Virus record (IMG/VR): IMGVR_UViG_3300005537_000001
Span: 248,001 to 312,000 of that record
Length of the DNA stretch: 64,000 nucleotides
Direction: 5' to 3' (one strand)
Shown: one piece after another, positions 8,891 through 18,759 of the stretch
Numbering within the stretch: the first letter of the stretch is position 1
Layout of the letters: each line of letters opens with the position of its first letter
Program-made: the position numbers and the translations under genes
The notes under the pieces: generated by a model
Told to the model about the DNA's origin: nothing
Databases searched by the model: none
What the model saw: the letters and a program-made list of their open reading frames with translations, nothing else

Positions 8891-9106
8891 ATGTCGACAC
8901 CAATCAAGCCGAAGAAAGAATTTCAAGATGACACAGGTCATCACAAGCCCCGCGACTTCAGCAAGAAAAAGCGCAAAAAGGGTTTCTCTGAAGATAAAGC
9001 TGCAAATCGTCAAGAGCGAATTGGTTTTAAAAATTATCTTCGCGAGCTTGAAGAAGATGAGCTGGACGATCAGCTTGATCACATTGACGAAGAGTATCTA
9101 ACATGA
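8891..9106 (+). CDS. small charged hypothetical protein
   Basis: SD GGAG; basic N-half and acidic C-terminus. Confidence 0.7.
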   Translation: MSTPIKPKKEFQDDTGHHKPRDFSKKKRKKGFSEDKAANRQERIGFKNYLRELEEDELDDQLDHIDEEYLT

Positions 9107-9270
9107 CAACTAACGTAAGAGTCGACGCCCACGTATCCCCAGATAAGGAAGTGCACATTCTAATCGCTGGTAAGCTCCACCGTGTTTTGCAAAACGGTGA
9201 AACTGAAACGGTTTACACGTATGATGATCACGTTGTAACGGTCAAAGAAGTTCTCAAACAGGAAATTTAA
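9103..9270 (+). CDS. hypothetical protein (55 aa, MTTNVRVDAH...)
   Basis: ATGA overlap; translated by hand. Confidence 0.55.
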   Translation: MTTNVRVDAHVSPDKEVHILIAGKLHRVLQNGETETVYTYDDHVVTVKEVLKQEI

Positions 9271-9423
9271 ATGGCCAAGTTACTTGGAAATGATGTCGTT
9301 ACGACTGCAGAATTTGAGACATTCAAAAAACAATTTAACCGTGAATTTAGGTTGTGCGCCTTTGTTGGTAGCATTTTGACCCTCATCAACTTAGGTCTTG
9401 TTGTTTACGTTCTAATTCGCTAA
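9271..9423 (+). CDS. 50-aa protein with C-terminal TM helix
   Basis: Abuts the upstream stop; ends FVGSILTLINLGLVVYVLIR. Confidence 0.5.
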   Translation: MAKLLGNDVVTTAEFETFKKQFNREFRLCAFVGSILTLINLGLVVYVLIR

Positions 9424-9443
9424 TAAAATTCAAGTGGAAGCAT

Positions 9444-9665
9444 ATGTCCAAAAAATTCAACTTTATCTCGGGCATAGAAGAAGACAAGAAGAATCCTAAG
9501 GTCAAATATCAAGTTTTCGAAGTAGCGATGGGTATTGAGCGGGCCGAGGTACTAATCCCGATAGACAAGGCTGACGAATTCTTAGCTGAAGCCACAGACA
9601 AAAAGCCAAAAGGTTTCTCATCCCTTAAGAAGATAGCTTCCGAGTTTGGAGGCTTAGTGAAGTGA
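9444..9665 (+). CDS. hypothetical protein (73 aa)
   Basis: ORF track. Confidence 0.65.
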   Translation: MSKKFNFISGIEEDKKNPKVKYQVFEVAMGIERAEVLIPIDKADEFLAEATDKKPKGFSSLKKIASEFGGLVK

Positions 9666-10597
9666 CCGCTACCCAGCTGTTTACCAACAATGCTGTAGCC
9701 TTACTAGCTGCGGATATTGGTCCTACGGATATGTCGCTAACCGTACAGGCTGGCCTTGGGGCCCAATTCCCTCAGCCAACCAATCCTGGTGACTTCTTCT
9801 TGGTCACCCTTGAACCGGTAAATCCTCCCGTTTCGCCGAGAGAAATTCTCTATATTACCGGCCGCGTTGGAGATGTGCTTACCGTTGGCATCCGCGGGTT
9901 TGAAGGTACCACGCCAAGCGCTTGGTCATCCATAACGACTCTAGTCGACCACCGCATTACAGCTTTTACTATAAACCAGGCGATGCTTTTGCCTGCCGAT
10001 GGTGGAGGTGCAGCTCTTAACCTTTATGCTGAAAATCCACAGGCTGGATTTATCTCCCCTTCGGCGATTGGAAATAACGCGGTAGGAATCGGTTATGCCG
10101 CTAACGCTGGAGCTGCAAAGTCACTATCAATAGGCGAGCAATCACAATCTCGAATTCAAGGTGGTGTTGTTCAAGCTTGTGGTAGATTTTCAACAACTGG
10201 CGACGCTCAGACTGGTAGATATTTGGTTCGTACTATCTCAACAAATGCTACACCAACTGAATGCTTTGCGGATGGTCATGGTGGATCAGTTCGCTTGGTT
10301 CTTGTCGACAATTCTACGTGGACATTCAGAATCACGGTGACCGCTCAGCGGCAAGATGCGTCAAACGGCTGGGCTGGTTACGAGCTTAAGGGCGTGATCT
10401 TCAGAACCATAGGCCCAGCATCAGTGACTATGCAGGGAATAGTTTCATCAGAACAGATTGGTGCAAGCAATCAAGCTTGGAAGGTTACGGCATCTCCTGA
10501 TCCAGTTAACGGATCGCTAAAGATATCCGTCACCGGTGAGACCGGTAAGCAGATTAGGTGGTTGTGCTTGGTAGAAACCGTAGAGGTAACGGATTGA
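9662..10597 (+). CDS. virion structural/fibre protein
   Basis: FTNNAVALLA N-terminus resembles phage structural proteins; C-terminal domain shared with 10671-14336. Confidence 0.7.
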   Translation: MTATQLFTNNAVALLAADIGPTDMSLTVQAGLGAQFPQPTNPGDFFLVTLEPVNPPVSPREILYITGRVGDVLTVGIRGFEGTTPSAWSSITTLVDHRITAFTINQAMLLPADGGGAALNLYAENPQAGFISPSAIGNNAVGIGYAANAGAAKSLSIGEQSQSRIQGGVVQACGRFSTTGDAQTGRYLVRTISTNATPTECFADGHGGSVRLVLVDNSTWTFRITVTAQRQDASNGWAGYELKGVIFRTIGPASVTMQGIVSSEQIGASNQAWKVTASPDPVNGSLKISVTGETGKQIRWLCLVETVEVTD

Positions 10598-10625
10598 ACT
10601 TATAGTTGATCTTTCTACAAAAATG

Positions 10626-10633
10626 GATAAATA
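10626..10633 (+). promoter_or_regulatory. late promoter variant GATAAATA
   Basis: Intergenic, upstream of the long fibre gene. Confidence 0.6.
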
Positions 10634-10670
10634 GGAACTGAAGGAATGTTCCTTATGAGAGGTAAATCCA

Positions 10671-13600
10671 ATGGATTTCAATTATGATACAGGTACTATT
10701 GATACAGTATCAATACTAGACACTACCGAGGCATCACCACTGCTTGGTGGCGTAACCGGTGTTCTTTACGTACTTGGTTCTGGAGCGATATCACTTCCAT
10801 TTGGTTCCACCGGACAACAGCCTACTCCAGCTATCGGCGGCATGCTTCGCTACAACACAGCTGGATTTTTAGAATTTTTCAATTCGACAGTGCCAACATG
10901 GCAAACGCTGTCAACGGGCGGTGGTTCAGTTACTTCAATCACCGTAACTACCGGCGCTGGTCTTGATGTTTCTTCTGGTTCTTCCCAGACCATTACTACA
11001 AGCGGTACCTTCGCGCTCACCCTATCTCCGACCCTTCAGAGCCTAGCTGGTCTCGCCTCGAGCGGAATCGTTGTAAACAATGCTGGAACAATTTCAGCTG
11101 CTACAATCACTGGCACGGCCGGTGAGATAGTCGTTACAAACGGTAGCGGTGCCGCGGGAAATCCAACGATTGCGCTTGCCACCGTTGGTACGCCGGTAAG
11201 CAGCTCACTAGTCACCATTACCACCGACGCTTTCGGCAGAGTCACCGCGACAGCTCCGGTAACTCAGTCAGAATTAACAACCGTAATCGGTACATTCTAT
11301 CTACCAGAAGCTGGTGGTACGATGTCGGGCGCCATCAATATGGGTGGCAACGAGATTAACAACATGAGCATGGCCGTCACGCCTGCATCTAGCGATGCAG
11401 CTACCGTCGGTTACGTTCAAAGCTTGATTCAGGGTCTGTCTTGGAAGGAGGCTGTTGCCGCAGCTACGACGACTACCCTATCATCTGTCACGTACAACAA
11501 CGGATCGGCGGGTGTTGGCGCTACGCTAACCGACGCTTCAGCTGGAACGGTGCTTGTAATCGACGGTTACACGGTTCTACTCAACGATCGAATTCTTGTT
11601 AAAAATCAAGCAAGCCAAATTCAGAACGGAATTTATGTGCTAACAACAGTTGGCGTTTCAGGCACGACGCCGTTCGTTCTTACTCGCTCAACCGACGCTG
11701 ACACAAGTTCCCAGTTATTTGGCGCAACTGTTTACGTTAACCAGGGCACTGTCAACGCCAATACCGGTTGGACTCAAACTACATCTGGCACGATTACAAT
11801 CGGCACCTCAAGCATATCTTGGGCACAATTTTCTGGTTCAGGTGCGTTCACTGCCGGCGCCGGAATTTCGATAGTTGGAACAACGATTTCAAATACTGGA
11901 GTTTTGTCATTCCAAACAAACCTAAGTGGTTTGACACCATCTACGTCAACTACTGGAGCTGTAACTTTATCCGGCACCCTAGGTATCGCGTCAGGTGGTA
12001 CTGGTCAAGTTACTCAAACTGCAGCGTTTGACGCTCTGTCACCGCTGTCAACGGCTGGTGATTTGCTATTCTTCAACGGCACTCACAATGCTCGTCTACC
12101 AGTCGGAACCAATGGTCAAATTCTAGCGGTTGTTTCTGGTGAACCAACGTGGGAAACTCTCGCGTCAAATGCTGTCACGAGCATCGCTGGTACCGCCAAT
12201 GAAATTACAGCATCAGCTTCAACCGGTGCGGTAACTCTCAGCACACCAACAACTTTCATCGCTCCAGGTTCAGTAGCTGTAACTACTACGCTTCAGGTAT
12301 CTACAACAAATAATGTAACGTCAGCCGGAAATTCACAGGCTACCGCTACGCCGTTAACGGCAGATTATAACAGGGTTACTACGGTAGCTGCAGGAACTGG
12401 AGTTATTCTACCAATTCCACTACCTGGTAATTTGACCGGTGTTGTAAACCACGGCGCAAATCCGCTGTTCATATACCCAGCAGTTGGCGTAACAATTGAT
12501 GAGCTGATGCCAAACAACGCTGTTGTTTTGCCAGCTGGACAAACCTATACGGTAATGGGCGTAACCTCAAGCAACATGTGCACAGTTAAGCCATCGTTTG
12601 CGGCTGGCACAGGCATGTCGCTAAGCGATCTCAATGGCGTCGTAACGTTCAGCAACGCTGGTGTTCTATCGCTAACTGGAACGGCAAATCAAATTACTGC
12701 TTCTGGATCAACTGGTAACATTACCCTAAGCTTACCAACATCGGTTGCAATATCAAGCTTGACGCTATCCGGTTTGACGGGAAATTCATTCCTATATTCT
12801 GGTACCAGCGGTTTGCTAACAACTACTACTGCCGCACCAACTAACGGTCAGCTGCTAATTGGATCTACTGGCGTAGCTCCAGTAGCTGGAAACATTACTA
12901 CATCCGGCGCTGGTATCTCGGTAACGAATGGTGCCGGAACAATCACGCTTGCAAATACTGGCGTAACATCCATCGTTGCTGGAACCGCTATTTCAATATC
13001 CGGATCAACCGGCGCTGTAACCATAAACAATACCGGCGTTACGTCTTTCAGCGCCGGAACAACCGGCTTCACGCCTAACGCATCAACCGGTGGAGCTGTT
13101 ACTCTCGGTGGTACGCTTAGCGTTGGCAGTGGTGGTACTGGTGATACCAGCTTTACGACCAATGGTATTATCTTTGGTGCTGGTACCGGTGCTCTAGGTG
13201 TAACAGCGGCTGGTACTACCGGGCAGATACTGGTCGGTAACACTGGAACGGCACCGTCATGGGCATCAACAGCATCAACCCTTGTTACATCTTTCCAGAC
13301 AAGCCTATCTGGACTTACTCCGTCAACGGCTTCAACCGGAGCCGTTACGCTAGCTGGTACGCTCAACTCCACATCAGGTGGAACTGGAACAACAACTCCA
13401 CCAACAGCCGGTCAGCTGCTGGTTGGTACAACTGGTGGTCAATACGTACCTTTCACGGTAACATCTGGCACGGGAATTAGTACCACGACAGGATCTGGTA
13501 CGCTGCAAATTAACAACACCGGCGTAACCTCAAATGTAGCTGGAGCTGGAATATCAGTTTCTAGCGCAACAGGCGCGGTGACGATCGCAAACACCGGCGT

Positions 13601-14336
13601 TCTAAGCGTATCTCTTACCGACGTGTCAACGACACCGATATTCACAACGTCACCAACCACGGCAACGACAGGAGCTGTAGCTGAAACGTTAACTCTTGTT
13701 ACTCAAGCTGCCCACACCGTCTTAATCGGACCAACATCTGGTGCGGCAGCGCAGCCAACATTTAGACAATTGGTATACGCTGATGTTGTTGGCCCAGCTG
13801 TAAAGCTGTACGCTGAAAATCCATCATCTCCGGTATCACCATCGGCTACCGGCGCAAATGCTACGGCGATTGGATCAGCTGCTCGATCATCCCAATATGG
13901 TGGGTTGGTACAATCTGCTGGTGAATTTTCACTCGCTGGCGATGCGCAGCACGGTACATACATTCTGAGAAATCAAACTACAAATGCAACTCAAACGCAT
14001 TTGTTTTTGGACGGTACTTCCCTAGAATATATCGTTCCACCAAACACCGTTGTTTCTTTCAACATCATGATCGCGGCAATAAACACCGCGATAACTGGAG
14101 CTGGTGGTGGTTGGAAGTTTGAAGGCGTCATCTACCGTGGTGCAACGGTAAGCACGACGGCGTTCATCGGAACTCCAGCCGAAACAACCCTCGGTAGAAG
14201 TGGAGGATTTAACGCGACGGTTACCGTCGCCGCGAATGCATCTACTGGAGCTCTCGCGATTGAAGTAACTGGATTAACATCAACAACTATCAATTGGCTA
14301 GCAACGCTTGAAACAACTGAGGTAGGCGCTTCATAA
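10671..14336 (+). CDS. long fibre protein (1221 aa)
   Basis: G/T/S/A-rich; repeated VTSFQTSLSGLTPS...TGAVTL modules; DAATxxYV...GLSWK...NGIY domain. Confidence 0.85.
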   Translation: MDFNYDTGTIDTVSILDTTEASPLLGGVTGVLYVLGSGAISLPFGSTGQQPTPAIGGMLRYNTAGFLEFFNSTVPTWQTLSTGGGSVTSITVTTGAGLDVSSGSSQTITTSGTFALTLSPTLQSLAGLASSGIVVNNAGTISAATITGTAGEIVVTNGSGAAGNPTIALATVGTPVSSSLVTITTDAFGRVTATAPVTQSELTTVIGTFYLPEAGGTMSGAINMGGNEINNMSMAVTPASSDAATVGYVQSLIQGLSWKEAVAAATTTTLSSVTYNNGSAGVGATLTDASAGTVLVIDGYTVLLNDRILVKNQASQIQNGIYVLTTVGVSGTTPFVLTRSTDADTSSQLFGATVYVNQGTVNANTGWTQTTSGTITIGTSSISWAQFSGSGAFTAGAGISIVGTTISNTGVLSFQTNLSGLTPSTSTTGAVTLSGTLGIASGGTGQVTQTAAFDALSPLSTAGDLLFFNGTHNARLPVGTNGQILAVVSGEPTWETLASNAVTSIAGTANEITASASTGAVTLSTPTTFIAPGSVAVTTTLQVSTTNNVTSAGNSQATATPLTADYNRVTTVAAGTGVILPIPLPGNLTGVVNHGANPLFIYPAVGVTIDELMPNNAVVLPAGQTYTVMGVTSSNMCTVKPSFAAGTGMSLSDLNGVVTFSNAGVLSLTGTANQITASGSTGNITLSLPTSVAISSLTLSGLTGNSFLYSGTSGLLTTTTAAPTNGQLLIGSTGVAPVAGNITTSGAGISVTNGAGTITLANTGVTSIVAGTAISISGSTGAVTINNTGVTSFSAGTTGFTPNASTGGAVTLGGTLSVGSGGTGDTSFTTNGIIFGAGTGALGVTAAGTTGQILVGNTGTAPSWASTASTLVTSFQTSLSGLTPSTASTGAVTLAGTLNSTSGGTGTTTPPTAGQLLVGTTGGQYVPFTVTSGTGISTTTGSGTLQINNTGVTSNVAGAGISVSSATGAVTIANTGVLSVSLTDVSTTPIFTTSPTTATTGAVAETLTLVTQAAHTVLIGPTSGAAAQPTFRQLVYADVVGPAVKLYAENPSSPVSPSATGANATAIGSAARSSQYGGLVQSAGEFSLAGDAQHGTYILRNQTTNATQTHLFLDGTSLEYIVPPNTVVSFNIMIAAINTAITGAGGGWKFEGVIYRGATVSTTAFIGTPAETTLGRSGGFNATVTVAANASTGALAIEVTGLTSTTINWLATLETTEVGAS

Positions 14337-14374
14337 GCGATAGGTGACTATCGTTTCCAATAGGGTACCCGTGC

Positions 14375-15400
14375 ATGAATTTTGATTATATTTTAGAATC
14401 CATAATTCCTGAAAATACGGGGATGATCACGCTAGGTGGCTTGCAGGGTGTCGAAATTCCAGCTAGCTCAGCTGCGAATCGCCCAAGCTCTCCTGCAGCT
14501 GGATCGCTGCGCTTCAATACGGATACGTCATTTCTTGAATATTGGAATGGTTCATCTTGGGTAACAGGTGGAACCGTAACATCTGTCGCCATATCAGCTC
14601 CAGGCATATTCACAACTAGTGGGACGCCTATTACGGTTGCTGGTACGTTAACCCTAACGCTTGCAACTCAAGCTGCAAATACAGCGTTCATGGGTCCTAC
14701 ATCTGGAGCTGCTTCAGCTCCAACATTTAGGGCTCTTGTGGCATCAGACGTTTCGTCAGTTGCTGTAAACTCATTTAGCGGTGGATCAACTGGATTAACA
14801 CCATCTAGCTCTACTACCGGTGCTATAGTTTTAGCTGGAGCGTTGGCGATAGGATCAGGTGGCACTGGTAAAACGACGCAGTCAGCTGCGTATAACGCTT
14901 TGTCACCGATGACAACCGTCGGCGATATAGAATTTGAAGGTGCCGGTCCTTCAGCAGCACGCCTAGGTATTGGATCAAATGGTCAAGTGTTAACCGTTGT
15001 AGCTGGTTTGCCGGCATGGACAACGCTTGCAGTTGGTGCGGTTACATCTTTTCAAACTAGTCTTGCTGGATTAACTCCGTCAACTGCTTCAACTGGTGCC
15101 GTGACTTTGGGCGGAACGCTTGGTTTAGCGTCAGGTGGAACCGGAACAAATTTGACTGCCGTTAGCGGTGGAGTTGTTTTTAGCACCGGCGGAAATCTTG
15201 GAATATCAGCTGTCGGCACAAGCGGTCAAGTTTTAACATCAGCCGGAACCGGCGCGCCTACTTGGACAACGTTTGCGGGTGGCATTCCTAACGTGATTTC
15301 AGCACCGACGGTTATGCTTGCTGATTTTTCATACGACGTTATTGAGTATCTAAATATCAATTCAATTCTAACCCTAAATGGGAACCTAAGGATATCATAA
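14375..15400 (+). CDS. fibre protein (341 aa)
   Basis: RP...GSLRFNTDTSFLEYWNG motif; shares repeat modules with 10671. Confidence 0.8.
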   Translation: MNFDYILESIIPENTGMITLGGLQGVEIPASSAANRPSSPAAGSLRFNTDTSFLEYWNGSSWVTGGTVTSVAISAPGIFTTSGTPITVAGTLTLTLATQAANTAFMGPTSGAASAPTFRALVASDVSSVAVNSFSGGSTGLTPSSSTTGAIVLAGALAIGSGGTGKTTQSAAYNALSPMTTVGDIEFEGAGPSAARLGIGSNGQVLTVVAGLPAWTTLAVGAVTSFQTSLAGLTPSTASTGAVTLGGTLGLASGGTGTNLTAVSGGVVFSTGGNLGISAVGTSGQVLTSAGTGAPTWTTFAGGIPNVISAPTVMLADFSYDVIEYLNINSILTLNGNLRIS

Positions 15401-16522
15401 ATGTCTGCTCAAATCATCTTCAATGAAAACTCATCTGCTCCAGCTGCCCCAAGTTCAGGCAATATAACGCTATACGCGTTAAATGATGGCAACTTCTACG
15501 TCATCAATCCTTCTGCGACAATTTCACCAATTCTGACGGGTGGTAATCTTGCAGGTACGGCTAACCAAATTGCAACAGCTGTCGCATCTGGAAACGTTAC
15601 CCTCAGCCTACCATCTACCGTGATAGCTCCGGGATCTCTAACATATACTACAGCGTTTTACGACACGACAAACAACGCCGTAACTGCAGCTGGTACCACG
15701 CAAGGCACGGCTACAGCGCTCACTAGCTCATACAACAACGTTACGACTGGAACAGCTAACCAGGGAGTTATTCTACCAACTGTAACGTCAGCTGGTCAAA
15801 CGGTGTACGTAAACAATAATACCGGCAACAACATAACCGTGTATCCACAAACTGGTGCATCTATTAACGGGGCTGGCGCTAACGTAGGAATGACCATCAT
15901 TCCTGGCAACATAAACGCGTTCATCGCGGCGAGCACTTCAGCTTGGACAACAACGATCAACTATTATCAGGGTACGGTAAACCAGATAAACATTTCTGGT
16001 TTCGGCGTTGCGACGGTCTCCCTCGCGCAGCCATCGGTAGCTATAACGACAGCCTCTGGAATAATCAGCACCGTCGAAACGGTTTTGAAAACCCTTTCGA
16101 TTGGTAGCAATATTGCAGTTGGCGACCAATATGTTATCGAAGGATTTGGAACATTTTCGCAAACTAACACGACGTCCGCAAACACGACATTTACAGTTAG
16201 ATGTGGAACTGCCGGCACTACGGCCGATACGTCAATTGGTACGGTTAGTCCGGCAACCTTGGGCGTCGTATCAACCAACGTACCATTTCACTTTCGAATA
16301 CTGGTAACATTCAGAACAATTGGAAGCACAGGTTCGGCTCTTTCTAACGGATTTATAGCAAGCCAAGGATCGGGAATAACATCATCTGGTTTTGTTTCTG
16401 GAAACACATCACCACCCACGGTAAATACAACTACGAATAACATTTTGAGCGTAACCTATTTTACTACAAATGCTCAGCAGTCTGCAACATTCAACACATT
16501 AACAATATCAAAAATAAGGTAA
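15401..16522 (+). CDS. fibre protein (373 aa)
   Basis: TAAGTTQGTATALTSSYNNVTT...GVILP module shared with other fibres. Confidence 0.75.
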   Translation: MSAQIIFNENSSAPAAPSSGNITLYALNDGNFYVINPSATISPILTGGNLAGTANQIATAVASGNVTLSLPSTVIAPGSLTYTTAFYDTTNNAVTAAGTTQGTATALTSSYNNVTTGTANQGVILPTVTSAGQTVYVNNNTGNNITVYPQTGASINGAGANVGMTIIPGNINAFIAASTSAWTTTINYYQGTVNQINISGFGVATVSLAQPSVAITTASGIISTVETVLKTLSIGSNIAVGDQYVIEGFGTFSQTNTTSANTTFTVRCGTAGTTADTSIGTVSPATLGVVSTNVPFHFRILVTFRTIGSTGSALSNGFIASQGSGITSSGFVSGNTSPPTVNTTTNNILSVTYFTTNAQQSATFNTLTISKIR

Positions 16523-16525
16523 AAT

Positions 16526-16927
16526 ATGACGACAACAATGACCCTTGAGCAATCTCAACAGGTTGCCTACGCTAAGATCAACAATTTTACGCAATTTTTG
16601 ATAAATGATTTCTTCACGTGGAATAACAACCAGTGGAACAGCGACGCGCAGTCTCAGTCAAACATCACCGGCGTTAACATGCTCGCGTTGCTAAATGGTG
16701 GAAATTTACCACCAGGATTTCAATGGAGAGATTACTACAACAACATGAACACCGTAACTGGTGCCGACATGGCCGCCATGTTTGTCGCCGGCGCAAATTT
16801 TGTTTTCGCGGTGTATAACGCTGCCTGGAAGCACAAAGCCAACGTCGCCGCCCTAACAGATCCCGATGCCGTAAAGAATTATCATTTTGGTTCAAATTAT
16901 TGGCCAGATCCAATGGTCGAGCTGTAA
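16526..16927 (+). CDS. DUF4376-like tail fibre assembly protein
   Basis: WNSDAQSQSNI...FQWRDYYNN pattern; follows fibre genes. Confidence 0.7.
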   Translation: MTTTMTLEQSQQVAYAKINNFTQFLINDFFTWNNNQWNSDAQSQSNITGVNMLALLNGGNLPPGFQWRDYYNNMNTVTGADMAAMFVAGANFVFAVYNAAWKHKANVAALTDPDAVKNYHFGSNYWPDPMVEL

Positions 16928-17346
16928 TGTCGATAAATTCCTGCACGACCGACAGCGAAAATGTAAATTCAATCGGTCGTGATCGCCGGGCAGCCATCAT
17001 CGCAACGCTGCAGATGAAACTACCGCAGGGTGGTCATCATCCGCAACACGTAAATCCAAACACTAGGCAGAATTTCAACATCTTCCGCAGAGATGTGGAT
17101 AGAGAAGATTCAGTTGAAACTGAAACGCTTGAGCTACCACAGATAGCTGTAACCATTACGCTTGACGGTGAAAGCTTCGTTCAAACTTTGGATCGTGGTG
17201 ATGATCAATTTAGACCGATGATTAACGTATACGGGTTGTCTCTCCGAGAGATGATAGATCCGATCCCGATAATCTACGGGTTAACCATCAGAAACGTGGT
17301 AGACGAATCTGTAAATATCACTATCGATAATATTAGGACCCTCTAA
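16927..17346 (+). CDS. hypothetical (probably structural) protein
   Basis: ORF track 16900-17346; TAATG overlap favours 16927. Confidence 0.6.
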   Translation: MSINSCTTDSENVNSIGRDRRAAIIATLQMKLPQGGHHPQHVNPNTRQNFNIFRRDVDREDSVETETLELPQIAVTITLDGESFVQTLDRGDDQFRPMINVYGLSLREMIDPIPIIYGLTIRNVVDESVNITIDNIRTL

Positions 17347-18015
17347 ATGCAGCTATCATTTTCAGCTGACAAATCAACCGATCTAGCTTTCAAGGTAGGC
17401 ATAGCTGGAACGCAAACAGTACCAACGATGGTTTCTGTCGTACTCGAGCGAGATGGTAAAACCATTTCCTATAAGGCGGAACAGCAGGGGGATGAATGGG
17501 TTGCTAAGATTGAAAACCCTGGTTCGATGTTTAAATTTGGCGAAGTCAAGCTATCCGTAAATGTAGTTATTCACAACCGCATCTTCACACCTCTAAAATC
17601 GGTCGCTATGATCGTCGGTGACACAAGTGATCCCGAACCAGCTGTGCAACATGACGTAGAACCCATGACGGTAGATGTGCCTAAGGATGCGCCAAATGAA
17701 GTCTCGCATGCTGAGATAACACTTCCAGCTTTTGAGGATAGCGACGTGGTTGAACAAGTTGTCCCAACACCTGAACCAGCTGTTGTTAAGCCAACCGAAA
17801 CTGAAGAACAGAAAAAGCAAAAAGTTAAGGATCTTCTGGCGCGCGCCCAAAAAGATGTTGACAAGAAGAAATCAGAATCTACTCACATTCGCACAAGCCT
17901 CCTGAAGAGCGTTGATCAAGCGCCACCTGTCGTAGAATCTGAAAAACCAAAGAAAAAGAAGTCAAAGCCGGCAGATGTCTTCAGCATCAAGAAGCTGGGC
18001 GTTCGCACAATTTAA
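17347..18015 (+). CDS. hypothetical protein with beta-rich N-domain and low-complexity C-terminus
   Basis: ORF track; abuts the upstream stop. Confidence 0.7.
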   Translation: MQLSFSADKSTDLAFKVGIAGTQTVPTMVSVVLERDGKTISYKAEQQGDEWVAKIENPGSMFKFGEVKLSVNVVIHNRIFTPLKSVAMIVGDTSDPEPAVQHDVEPMTVDVPKDAPNEVSHAEITLPAFEDSDVVEQVVPTPEPAVVKPTETEEQKKQKVKDLLARAQKDVDKKKSESTHIRTSLLKSVDQAPPVVESEKPKKKKSKPADVFSIKKLGVRTI

Positions 18016-18049
18016 CATAATTTCGATCGATTTAACATAATAGTTTGAA

Positions 18050-18079
18050 GTGTACTTTCAACCTGATCTATTGTACAAT
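18050..18079 (+). promoter_or_regulatory. T4-like early promoter GTGTAC-N18-TACAAT
   Basis: Same spacing as the promoters at 34043, 41750, 50264 and 53934. Confidence 0.6.
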
Positions 18080-18107
18080 AATGGTCAGGTTGATACAGGA
18101 GCTTCAA

Positions 18108-18629
18108 ATGATTTTCATGATGGCTTTGTTTTACTTGTTCATACCGTTGTTCATACTGTACCTCGTGCTGGTACGTTTTCTCGGAAGAATCAAGGCGCGA
18201 ACAACCTTTTTTCTCATAGTTGCAGCTTGTTTTCTTTACGTATGGTGCTTCATTACCGGCTTGCTGTTCAGCTTCTTCTTTGAACCTGAATCGTATTGGC
18301 ACTCGATGAACATCAACATGGATTATTGGAACGCCTTTGGGCTGCCGTCTGATGCTGATCATCTAGGTCACATCTTCAAGATGCCGTACATCGCGGCAGA
18401 TCAAGCTCTACGCATTTCCTTCTACATCCTGCGAACGCACTTCAACTGGAGCTTTGGTCTCTCCTTTGCAGCTGGCGGCATCATCTACTACGGTTGGTGT
18501 CTCGGTGCCTTCTACGCTCGCCGAATACGTGACCCAATGTTTGGATTCGGTGAAGGAATGACCGAAGCTGCAGTCGAACGTGAAAAGCAAAAATTTCTGA
18601 AGGAGTGCAAGGCCCGCGGCACAATCTAG
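18108..18629 (+). CDS. multi-pass membrane protein
   Basis: Three hydrophobic segments; SD AGGAG before ATG 18108 (track start 18045 lies upstream of the promoter). Confidence 0.6.
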   Translation: MIFMMALFYLFIPLFILYLVLVRFLGRIKARTTFFLIVAACFLYVWCFITGLLFSFFFEPESYWHSMNINMDYWNAFGLPSDADHLGHIFKMPYIAADQALRISFYILRTHFNWSFGLSFAAGGIIYYGWCLGAFYARRIRDPMFGFGEGMTEAAVEREKQKFLKECKARGTI

Positions 18630-18652
18630 TCACTCAACCTGTTAATCAACCT

Positions 18653-18678
18653 GAGCCACCGCGAGGTGGCTCTTTTTT
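18653..18678 (+). terminator. intrinsic terminator
   Basis: GAGCCACC-GCGA-GGTGGCTC followed by T6. Confidence 0.85.
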
Positions 18679-18759
18679 AACCTGGTTCCGGGTTAAAGGT
18701 CTCCAACGGTCTAAATATTGCATCAGCTTCTAGTCATCTCTCACCTGGAGTTCTCCCGC

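Noticed and set aside
18012-18362. 116-aa minus-strand ORF
   Set aside because: Overlaps a + strand membrane gene that has a promoter, SD and terminator
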